DNA of 59,187 nucleotides from Chiloscyllium plagiosum (lineage: Eukaryota). Positions 1 to 10,768 of the stretch are shown here, in pieces. The notes below the pieces were generated by a model. The model was not told the origin of the DNA, ran no database searches, and worked only from the letters and a program-made list of their open reading frames with translations. Where the stretch lies: NCBI RefSeq assembly GCF_004010195.1, contig NC_057748.1:27433501-27492687 (forward strand). The letters are read 5' to 3'. The position numbers were made by a program, and so were the translations under genes. How positions within the stretch are numbered: the first letter of the stretch is position 1; every line of letters starts with the position of its first letter.

Positions 1-610
1 AGCTTTACTCTGTATCTAACCCCGTGCTGTCCTTGTCCTGGGAGTGTTTGATGGGGGACAGTGTAGAGGGAGCTTCACTCTGTATCTAACCCCGTGCTGT
101 TCCTGTCCCTTGGAGTGTTTGATGGAGGGGACAGTGTAGAGAGAGCTTTACTCTGTATCTAACCCTGTGCTGTCCCTGTCCTGGAAGTGTTGATGGGGAC
201 AGTGTAGAGGGAACGTTACTCTGTATCTAACCCCGTGGTGTCCCTGTCCTGGGAGTGTTTGATGGGGACAGTGTAGAGGGAGCTTTACTCTGTATCTAAC
301 CCTGTGCTGTCCCTGTCCTGGGAGTGTTTGATGGGGACAGTGTAGAGAGAGCTTTACTCTGTATCTAACCCCGTGCTGTCCCTGTCCCTGGGAGTGTTTG
401 ATGGGGGGACAGTGTAGAGGGAACTTTACTCTGTATCTAATCCCGTGCTGTCCCTGTCCTGGGAGTGTTTGATGGGGGCAGTGTAGAGGGAGCTTTACTC
501 TGTATCTAACCCGGTGCTGTCCCTGTCCCTGGGAGTGTTTGATGTGGGTGGGGGTCGGGTGAGGGGAACAGTGTGGAGAAAGGTTTACTCTGTATCCAAC
601 CCCCATGCTG
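1..610. repeat. Tandem minisatellite, ~68-73 bp unit (actctgtatctaaccccgtgctgtccctgtcctgggagtgtttgatggggacagtgtagagggagcttt), ~8 copies
   Basis: Direct tandem repetition. Related units recur at ~10940-11080, 29500-29670, 53715-53877, 55860-56050 and 56735-57090. Confidence 0.95.
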
Positions 611-903
611 TGCCCGTTCTGCGCGGCTCTTGCAATCCTGCTGTGAGTAACTGCCCTCCTGACTCCCCAAAGCCTGTCCTACCATCCACAGGCCTGGATT
701 GTCGTGGAATACTCCACCCCTCTGCCTGGATGGCCACCAACATTTGCAACTGTGGCCGGTCCTCTCTCCTGCGAGAGAGGTGGAACCTGGCTAGCCTGCC
801 CCCCCCCCCCCCCCCCCCCAATGTGGGATGGGTGGGATTCGAGGTCAGAATCCCAGTGTGTTAGCAAACATTCCGATGAATCTCTCTGCTTGATCGCCCC
901 CAG

Positions 904-1156
904 GTTTGATGTCTTTCAACAAAGAGCCCAAAATGTTGACTGTGCACTCACCTGCCTATCTGTACCTGCCCTGTCCGGTCAAGTCCTACCACGCTGTGTA
1001 CACGTGGAGCTATAACCAGAAGGATCGGTTTTCCTGCACCATTCAAGATGACTCCTGCCCACTGATATTCAACCATCATCTCCCAGCGAGCAGCGGGGAG
1101 TTCAGGTGCATCGCCAGTGAGGACGGGCTGGAGGAGGTGCTGGCTGTCTATAATGT
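904..1156 (+). CDS. Semaphorin-7A-like Ig-domain exon (partial, 3' end lost in N gap)
   Basis: Acceptor cccccag|GT at 903/904, phase 1. Translates YLYLPCPVKSYHAVYTW...SCTIQDDSCPLIF...GEFRCIASEDG, matching the four-Cys pattern of the human SEMA7A Ig domain (YLSCPMESRHATYSW...SC...C.LF...G.YFCEAQEG, from memory). Orthology versus paralogy is unresolved, so no symbol is given. Confidence 0.8.
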
Positions 1157-1656
1157 NNNNNNNNNNNNNNNNNNNNNNNNNNNNNNNNNNNNNNNNNNNN
1201 NNNNNNNNNNNNNNNNNNNNNNNNNNNNNNNNNNNNNNNNNNNNNNNNNNNNNNNNNNNNNNNNNNNNNNNNNNNNNNNNNNNNNNNNNNNNNNNNNNNN
1301 NNNNNNNNNNNNNNNNNNNNNNNNNNNNNNNNNNNNNNNNNNNNNNNNNNNNNNNNNNNNNNNNNNNNNNNNNNNNNNNNNNNNNNNNNNNNNNNNNNNN
1401 NNNNNNNNNNNNNNNNNNNNNNNNNNNNNNNNNNNNNNNNNNNNNNNNNNNNNNNNNNNNNNNNNNNNNNNNNNNNNNNNNNNNNNNNNNNNNNNNNNNN
1501 NNNNNNNNNNNNNNNNNNNNNNNNNNNNNNNNNNNNNNNNNNNNNNNNNNNNNNNNNNNNNNNNNNNNNNNNNNNNNNNNNNNNNNNNNNNNNNNNNNNN
1601 NNNNNNNNNNNNNNNNNNNNNNNNNNNNNNNNNNNNNNNNNNNNNNNNNNNNNNNN

Positions 1657-2070
1657 TGCAGCCTGAGGCGGAGAAGTTTAACAACGAAGAGAGACTGGAT
1701 CAGCTTGGGTTGTTTTCTCTGGAGCAAGGAGCAAATTGCCTTATAGATCATGAGGAGCCTGGCTCGTGTGAACAGGGAGCAGCTGTTCCTCTCAGTCCCA
1801 ATGGTCAGTATAGTGAGGGGTCCTAACTTTAGGATGAGGGGCAGGAGGTTCACTGGATTTGAGGAAGATTTCTTTCACCCAGAGGGTGGCGGGGATCTGG
1901 AATGTACCACCTGGGTGGGTGACGAAGGGAGGAAAACTCACAATCTTCAAGTATGACCGCTGGAAATGTCATAACATTCGAGGTTCCGGGCCAAGTGCTA
2001 AAAAATGGGATCAGTGTAGATAGACTGGCGCAGATCTGATGCCTCTGCTGTATGAACCTGTAGAGAGTTT
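1657..2070 (+). mobile_element. Degenerate CR1-type LINE 3' fragment
   Basis: Translates EERLDQLGLFSLE, a typical CR1 ORF2 C-terminal motif; frameshifted. Confidence 0.75.
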
Positions 2071-2246
2071 GACAATCTGACACTGGCATTGCCAGAATTT
2101 AATATACAGTAGGACCTGGGGTTAGCTGAAGACATTGTCGGATGTACAGCTTTGACTAGCCAGCACATGGCATGCAGAGTGTGAAATATAAATTGCAGTG
2201 GCATGAGCAGAAAGTTATTAAAATTGCTGTTTTTGTTCCCTGACAG

Positions 2247-5200
2247 CTGGTGAAGAAACTGTGTGATGCCACGGGGTGTCAACACGTGGTGGATGTCGGG
2301 TCTGGACAGGTACAGTAATCCACATCATGCTGGGGTACTGGGACACGTCTGCTTCCATCTGCATTTTCTCGACCCTGCCTCAGCTCATCCACTACGGAAG
2401 CTCTTGTTCGCCCCTTTGTTTTCCCTCCAGGCTCACCCTTTGGAATGCATTCCTGGCTATCTCCCAACACCGCTCATGTCCAGGCTCACAGTGAGTTCTG
2501 ATCACCTCTGCTGCCTCCTTTAATGCTCTGCCCTTCATACCCCTTATGACCATTTTCCCCACCCCCATCTCTACACACATCTCTGTCTTCTCCAGCCCCT
2601 ATACCCCTCCATATCTCTGTCACCTCCTCCAGCCCCTACACCCCCTCCCTATCTCTGTCACCCCCTCCAGACCCTAACTCTTTAACCCATGTACACCTCC
2701 CGAACTCTATAAGTCTACCTAATATGTATTCACGGGGCTTGGTGTTAAATTTAGTTTTCTGAAGCACCTTGCATGTTCATTGCATTAAAAGTAATGAAAA
2801 TCATTCATGTTAAGTTGTCATATTGCTAGTGGCCCACACAGTTTTGCTGTGTAAACTGTCACAGCCCAACAGTGGCACATACTGACCATTCATTGCCAGT
2901 ACCCAGACGGAGCAGCCTGGCAGTATTATTATTGGACTGTTAATCCAGAGAGCTGGACGATGTTCTGGAGACCTGGGTTCAAATCCCGCCCTGTCTGGAA
3001 TTAAGAGTTTAATGATGTTGGTGAAACCGTTGGCAGTTGTCAGGGGGAAGCCCTCTGGCTCAGTTAGGAAATCTGCCATCTTCGCCTGGTCTAACCTAAA
3101 AATGCGACTCCACAGCGATGGGGTTAACTCTGAATTGCCCTCGCCGGTGGAGCCCATATCCCATGAACAAACCTTGAGAAAAAAAATCTCAATGGAGGGA
3201 GTCCGTGGGAGGCAGGAGGAGGCCATTCTGTCTGCCCATCCGGGTCTACCAATCAGTAAGGTAGCTGGGGGGGGGGGGGAGGTTGGTGATTTCCAAAGAA
3301 ATGTGTCCTCACCTCAGTGCAAAATGCTACCCTGAGACCCGCACATTCTAGAGTGGGGCTGGTGAGGTGAGAGAACATGTCCTCGCTGTCGTCATGGCTG
3401 CTCCCTCGAGTTTTAAGTGGACTCCCATGTGCGATCGCAGCTCTGACCCCTCAGCGAGGCATACCCTGGTCAAATAACCAGCCGCCAATCACCGTTTACG
3501 CATTTTTGTTGTAATTCAGTCATGGGACTTGGGCGTCGCTGGCTGAGCCAGTATGCTATTGCCCATCCCTGATTTGTTAAGAGTCAACCACACGCATGTG
3601 AGCCTGAAGTCACGTCGGCCAGACCAGGTAAGGATGGCAGCTTCCTCCGCTAAAGGACATTACTGACCCAGATGGGTTTTTTCCCAATAATTGGCAATGG
3701 ATTCCTAGTCGTCACTGGACTCCGAATTGCAGGTGTTTATTGAATTCAATCTGTCGTGTTGGTGTTAGAACCTGGATTCCAAGAACATTATCTGGGTCTC
3801 TGGGGAGTAACATTTGAGCAACCATCCGCTGAGGCCATCTCCTTCCCTTGGCTCGCGCTGAGCATTACTGCAGTCTGACTGGAGATGTTATTTTTGTTAT
3901 TCGTACATGGGATGTGGGAACGCTGGCTGGGCCAGTGTTAATTGCCAGTCCCTAATTGCCCAGAGGGCAGCTAAGAGTAAACCACAATGTGTGTGGAAAG
4001 TCACATGTAAGCCCAGACCGGGTATGGGTGGCAGATTTCCTTCCTGAAAGGGCATCAGCAAACCAGACGTGTTGTAACAGCCAGCGACCTTGGCTCGGTG
4101 GTCACTGTTTGGATCCATGGACAATAAATGCAGACCCAAACCGGTGAAGGTGAATGAGTTTTAACGGGTGGATGGAGCACTCTGTCTGACGCTGTCTTCC
4201 ACTTCCACCCTTTACCCTCTGACCACCCCCCACTCGGGTTCCAGGGCCACCTGTCTCGCTACCTGGCGTTCGGACACGGGCTGCGTGTCACTGGGGTGGA
4301 AGCCGGAGAGGAGCTGGTCACAGCAGCCACAAGGTTTGACAGTGAGCTGCTCCTGAGCCTGCGGAAGGAAGCTGCAAGGAAGTTGGAGGTGAGGAGGGGA
4401 AGGGGGGGGGTAGGAAGAGCAACAAGGGGATGGGGGCAGGCCCAAACTGGGCATCTCCTAGCAACCCCGGAGATACGCTGGGCATCTCCTAGCAACCCAA
4501 TGACACGCTGGGCATCTCCTAGCAACCCGATGACACGCTGGGCATCTCCTAGCAACCCGATGACACGCTGGGCATCGTCTAGCAACCCCGGAGATACGCT
4601 GGGCATCTCCTAGCAACCCCAATGACACGCTGGGCATCGTCTAGCAACCCTGGTGACACGCTGGGCATCGCCTAGCAACCCCGGTGACATGTTGGGCATC
4701 GCCTAGAATCCCCAGCGACACACTAGGTGTTGCCTAGCAACCCCAGTGATACGCTGGGCATTGTCTAGAACCCCGGGGGGAAGAAGTGGCCCAGCAGATC
4801 ACAATAACTCCTCTGAACTGGCAAGGTGCCTGGATCTGTATCCCATTGAAGGCTCGGGTGGGGAGAGGGTTTGTCCTTGCTGTTTGATGTGTGTGTCTGT
4901 GTGTCAGACCGGTGGGACATTGACCTGATCTCTGTTCCCCCTCCCACCCCTTGCAGTGTCGCAGAGATATCCCGGATGAAGAGGTCACTGGCCAACACCT
5001 CCCCCATCATCTGGTGGGCCGTGTTGGCAGTGGGGCCTCTGAGGAGGACCTGCTCCAGCTTCTGGAGGCACAGGGCAGCCCAGGGTTGGAGGGGAGCCCC
5101 TTTGTGCTGACGGGGCTCCATGCCTGTGGGGACCTGGGCCCCACTGCCCTGCGCCAGTTCGCCCAGTGCCCCAGAGTATTGGGGGTCACCACCGTCTCCT

Positions 5201-8200
5201 GCTGCTACATGAAGGTCACCACTGGGAGCACTGCCGAGAGCGGGTACCCCATGAGCACCTGGGTGCGGGGTCTCCCCGGGCACGGACTGCCCTACAAACT
5301 GCGAGAGCTGGCGTGCCACGCCATTGAGGACTATGCAGGCCGGCTGAAACAGCGGAGCACCGGGCTGAGGGTACACTGCTACCGCGCCACCCTCGAGACC
5401 ATCATCAGGCAGATCGACCCCTCACTCAAACGGCCTGGCGTGCAGACACCCAGGAATGCTCACCTCCTCTCATTCGAAGAGTAAGAAACCTCCACCACAC
5501 ATCCCCTTATCCTGTGTCGCCAGGAAAGTTCACACAATTTAAAATGAAATGGGGTGTGGGGGCGGGCTCACCCCTCACACAAACACACACTCAGTGTTAC
5601 ATTCACTCATGCACTCACTCACCCTCTCATATGCACCCACACTCTTGCACACAAGCTCTCTCTCTCACACACTCATTTTCTCTCTCGCTGTCTCTCTCAC
5701 ACTCTCATTATCTCTCTCTCACATTCTAGCTCTGACACACAAACATTCTCTGACATTCTCTCTCTCTCTCACATACTCTCTCCCACACGTGCGCTCTTTC
5801 TATCTCACACACAGTCCTCTCTCTCTCTCTCTCTCTCTCTCAATGGTGGCATAGGGAAAATGTGAGCCAAGGATTGTCACATGCAGGAGAAATTTGGGGA
5901 GTATGTCTGAGCATTGAAGTGGTGACATTGAGGAGGGGAAAAAATTAATCAGGGATTTCTAGAGCCCAACAGTTTTGCCCTCTAGTCAGGCATCTCAATA
6001 AGGACCCGTGAGAGGTGGAGGAGCCCAGAGATCTCGGATGTTTGTCAGGTCTGGACGAGGTGACAGATAGGGAGTGGGGTGTGGGTGCTGGAGGTGGTAA
6101 TTGAGATAGGTAGGAGGTGACAAGCAAGGGATGTAGGGGTGGGAAGAGGTGACACAGACAGGGAGGGGGTGTAGGGGCTGTAGAAGATGTCCTGTAGTGC
6201 CCAGGGATGTGCAGGTTAGGGTGAATTGGCCATGGGTAATTGTCCCATAGTGTCCAGGGATGTGTAAGTTAGGGTGAATTGGCCATGGGAAATGCAGAGT
6301 TATAGGGATAGGGTAGGTGGTAAGTCTGGGTGCTCTGCTCTTTGGAGTGTCGGCGTGAACTCGGGCCAAATTGTGTGCTTCCACACTGTCAGGGATTCTG
6401 TAACTTTGATCCTCTTCCTCCTCCACTCCCCACCCAGCTATGCCCGAGCTGGCCTGCGCAGACTGGGCCTGGACGCTGATGCCCAGTGGGACTCTGACCT
6501 GGTGAGTTCGATGCTGGCGCAGGAGGCCAGGGTGCTGGCGTATTTCTGCCTCTGCTTGGTGCTGGCCCCGGCAATTGAGACCCTCATCCTCCTGGACCGA
6601 GTGATCTACCTCAAGGAGCAAGGTGAGGAGTGGGCGGGGGAGGGGACGAGATGAGGGGTGTGTGGTGGTCAGCTTCCCCCGACCCACGTGGGAAATGCGA
6701 GCGGGGTCGTCCTGTTACATCAGGAACTCAAGGGTCGCCGTGGGGAGAAGATGTTTCCACCCCCGAGGTGAAGGGTGATACAGGATACATTGACCCATCG
6801 ATCACGGACGGCCAGTAAATTGCTGGCCAGTCAGCAATGCCCATGTCCCCAAGGGATAAAAGTTGTGAGATGGTCACCAATAAACCCAGTTGGGAGTGCA
6901 AGACAAACTTGTCTCGTCCAATCGAAGACCGCCTGCAAGGCACAAGTCTGTTTGGCCCATCTCACCTGTGCTAGCTCCCCACCCCCTGCCTGGGGCAGCT
7001 CTCTTCTCTTCCTGGCCTGCCCTAGGATAGTGGTAACCTCACTGGGCTCGGAACACCACTTTGGGGGATGTGGGTTTGAACCCGTTCCAGAGCAAGCAGC
7101 AGAATTTAAATTCAGTCCAGTTTGGGAATAAAAAGCTACAGCTGGATGCCTGATTTTAATCTGCAGGGCCGATGTAATCGCTGTTAAAGGGCTGCCTTGT
7201 GGTAACCATCCAGCCAACCTCAGCCCCATCTCTTTCAAGGAAGGTGACCTCCTGTCCTGATCCAGTCTGAGCTCTGACCACAGGTTGACTCTAAATTGTG
7301 ACTCTTTGAGACGGGCGGTAAGCACCGGTGATCAGCATGTCCCGTGAGCAAAGAAATTAAATTACAGATTCTCTTTGGCAAGCCCGATATTGTACCTGCT
7401 CTCCACCATGTTGAGGCAGTCCATCCCTGGGTCTTACCGCTGGTGACTATCTTTTCAGCCACCGCCAATGCTTCTTTAACCCCTCACCTTAAATCCGCCT
7501 TCTGGGTCTCATTCCCTCCCCCAGTAGGAAGAGTTTGCCCCCCCACCCACCCCAAATCCATCTCGACCACCTCACAATTTTTAATCACACGATCAAATCA
7601 CCTCTCAACCCACTATTCCCCCCCCCCTCCTCCGCGCTGGTACCAGCTCAACGTTTCCCAACCACTCACCTGACTGAATTTTCTCATGGAGTCACACAGC
7701 ATGAAAACAGACCCTTCAATCCAACCAGTCCCATCTGCCTGCTCCTGGTCCATATCCCTCTAAACCTTTCCTGTTCATGTACTTATCCAAATGCCTTTTA
7801 AACGTTGTAATTGTCCCCACACCCACCACTTCCTCAGGAAGTTCATTCCACATAAACCACTTACATAAAAAAAATTGCCCCCATCTATTTTTTAAAACTT
7901 TCCCCTCTCACCTTAAAAACCTACCCCCCTGGTTTTGAAATGCCCCCCGTAGGGAAAAGACACCTACCATTCACCTTATGTATACCCCTCATGACTTTAT
8001 AAATTCTATAAGGTCACCTCCACTGAAGAAAGTGTCACAACTCAGGGTAAACCCTTCTGCTAATTTAAACCAAACACACACCGAACTACCTAAATTCCAC
8101 TATTTAAAGAAAAAAATAACAATTTATTCTTTAACTCCAAAAGAGAACATTAACCAATTATCTGCACTGTAAGCCTCCTGTGTCTTAACAATTTAGCTAC

Positions 8201-9135
8201 CTCCCACTCTATAACAATATACTGATCCGAGAAAGCCCAATAGAATTTACTCCAAATCAATTTTCAAAAGCAGACAGTGGTGTCGATCTTCCTTGATATC
8301 TTGCTGGGTTGTCTTCAGTCTTCTGTTGCACAGATTTTTCATGTGAAAAGGCACCTTTTATAGAGATGGTCAGCGGGCAGTCTGTACGGCAGTAGGTGCT
8401 GTCAGTCTCTCTGGTTAATTGTTCAAAACGCCTGTTTTTTATACCCAAAACATTGGATCATCTCATTGGTGTGTTGTTATCAAAACAGTAAAATTCAGAT
8501 TTGATTGAGTTTTAGTATCTTGGGGCATAGTTTAAACTGGTTGAATTCAAATTGTTGTGTAAACAACTCAGTATCTGAGCTACATCTCAACTGTTACACT
8601 TTCAAATTATCCAGCACACTCTGTGCCTGCAGTCAGTCACACGACACCTTCAATACCACAACAAAAGTCCAAGCCTTTCTTTATAACACAAACCCTCCAT
8701 TTCCAGTAACATCCGAGTAGATCTCTTTTGGGGGTTTTTTTGCTTAATACTATCCTTCCTACAAAAGGGCCACTTTGTTCTGGTCTCTCCCCTCACTCCA
8801 TAGAGGAATTGGTTAAGTAATTTACCTAACTTCAGACTAAAAGAGTCAAAGGGTATGGGAGAGAAAGCGGGAGTGGGGGACTGGGCTGGATGATCAGCCA
8901 TGATCGTGTTGGGTGGGCTGGAAGGGCCGAATGGCCTACTCCTGTTCTCTACATTTCTCTCTCAGCTGTGTCTGAAGCGATGTTTTAAATTCTCATGGCA
9001 GGCTTCCAGTGCAAGGTAATCCCACTGTTTGACCCCGCCTTCTCGCCCAGGAACTTTGTGCTGGTGGCGGCCAAGGGTGACGGGCGAGTCAGTGACCTCC
9101 TCACCTGCCTGGAAGAGAGCGCCGGCCGTACCTGA
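2247..9135 (+). CDS. METTL25B: Methyltransferase-like 25B (RRNAD1), last five coding exons: 2247-2309, 4245-4388, 4957-5480, 6438-6622, 9002-9135 (TGA); 5' exons not visible
   Basis: All introns GT-AG with consistent phases. Peptides LVKKLCDATGCQHVVDVGSGQ|GHLSRYLAFG (SAM-binding motif I), LTGLHACGDL, CCYMK, LRELACHAIEDY, LAPAIETLILLDRVIYLKEQG and SPRNFVLVAAK match human RRNAD1. Convergent with MRPL24 as in human. Confidence 0.95.
2880..4100. mobile_element. Cluster of degenerate SINE copies (~2880-3180 +, ~3510-3850 -, ~3895-4090 -), probably Deu-domain type
   Basis: B-box-like ctgggttcaaatccc at ~2972; shared gtcacatgtaggccagacc..gtaagg..ggcagatttcct motif seen at several places in the window. 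Family assignment is from memory. Confidence 0.5.
4446..4770. repeat. Intronic 30-31 bp minisatellite (ctgggcatctcctagcaacccgatgacacg), ~10 copies
   Basis: Direct tandem repetition inside a METTL25B intron. Confidence 0.95.
8033..8663 (-). mobile_element. Solo LTR (~631 bp) inserted into a CR1 fragment
   Basis: TGT...ACA termini flanked by a 4-bp AAAG duplication (8029-8032, 8664-8667); CR1 sequence resumes on both sides. On the minus strand there are two CCAAT boxes (~8452-8469), then TATAAAA (~8437-8443), then AATAAA (8123-8128), in LTR order. Confidence 0.7.
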
Positions 9136-10768
9136 CCACCGTTGTGAACTTCAACCCACCCAGGAGACCGCTCTCCCTGTGTCTGCATGTGACAGCGATA
9201 TCTCAGGTTCCTTTGACATTGAGAGCAAATTGCACCACGGCCTCCACAGAGACAGTGGGGGTGGAGAGAGCTGGTGTGAACTCAGCCTGTGTGGACTCTT
9301 TCTATGCCCATGTGACACGATAACTTCTGCAACGCATACGGGAGACATTTCCTTAGTCAGAGCAGCGAGGGAAGACAAAGATTCCCATTCTACTAAAACC
9401 TGCTGGTTCCGTTACTTGCGAGTAATTCAGATCATCAGACAGGAGTTCAGTTCCCACCATGGCAGAGAGAGGAATTTAAATACTTAATGAAACTCCAGTC
9501 TCAGCAGCCATCGGTGTGAACCTGGCGAACTGTTGTTGAAATTCACTAATGGGAGAAGGAACTCTGCCGTCCTGACCCGGTCTGGGCCTACATGTGACTC
9601 CAGACCCAGCAGGGGCGGGATCAACCATTAACTGCCCCCCTCCACAAAAAGTGATCAGGAAAGTCCTCTCAAGACAACTTGTCACCTCAGCCTTGGCAAC
9701 GAGTTGATGGAGTGATAGTTGCGTCCATTTAGCCCACTGACTGCAGCGATTCAAGGAGGCAGCTCACTACAACCTTCTCAAGGGCAACTCGGGACAGGCT
9801 GTAAATGCTGGGCCCAGCCAGTGACGATGATGAGTGACTTAAAATAAAAAGATATGTACATAAAGCCTTTTGCATTTGATTCTGGGCTCCTTATCTCAAA
9901 AAGAATATGATATTTGTTGCAGCTGTACAAAGATGTTGGTGAGGCCACATTTGGAGTACTATGTGCAGTTCTAGTCACCCAATGATAGAAAAGGGTATTA
10001 TTACACTAGAAAGCATGTAGAAAAGGTTTACAAGGATGCTGGCTGGGCTGAGAGGTTTCAGTTATATGGCTAGGCTGGGACATTTTCTTCCTTATAGAGA
10101 TCTATAAAATCATGACAGGCATACATAGCCAGCAGCTTTTCCCCAGGATAGGAGGGGTCTAACTTAATAAGATATGGGACAGAATTTGGCACATCGAGTC
10201 TGCCCTACCGTTCGATCAGGGCTGATAAGCTTCTCACGCCCAGTTTCCTATCTTCCCTCCATATCCCTTCAACCCATTCCCAATTAATACAAAAGGGTCT
10301 CACAGAGGTGGGTGTTGACCTGTATGACTATGACCTCCAAGGGGACACAGATTAATCAAAGAGGCGAGGACTGAAAACAGATTAAAGTCCAGGACTGGAT
10401 GCACACCAGTGACCTGTATTTGAGAGACCACACTGTAATACTTGGTCAACGTTACCCCTACTTTAACAGCACTAAGCCTGAGCTGATCGTACAGTACAGA
10501 GGCCCTTTGGCCAATCGAGTCTGTACTTACACTGTGAATGGCTACTGCATCCCACTGAAATCTCAGCTGGGAAAGAGGCGAAGATTTCCAGCTTGTCCCT
10601 GAAATCCAAGGTCACACGGGGACAGGAACAATAAGAATGAGTCCTTTAATTTCACAGAATTAATTAAATACAGCTAGCTCAAGGGTAAACTAGCCATTCC
10701 CCGTGTGATTGCATACAATCTGTCACTTGCTGTTCATCTCCCCAGGCACCAGCATGTCCTTCATGGGC

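Noticed and set aside
148-606. 152-aa repetitive ORF and CRISPR-like periodicity
   Set aside because: It is a translation of the minisatellite; units are contiguous with no unique spacers, in a vertebrate context.
691-779. Possible upstream short exon of the SEMA7-like gene (ccacag| ... GAG|GT)
   Set aside because: No frame gives both recognisable semaphorin sequence and the required phase; the donor is weak.
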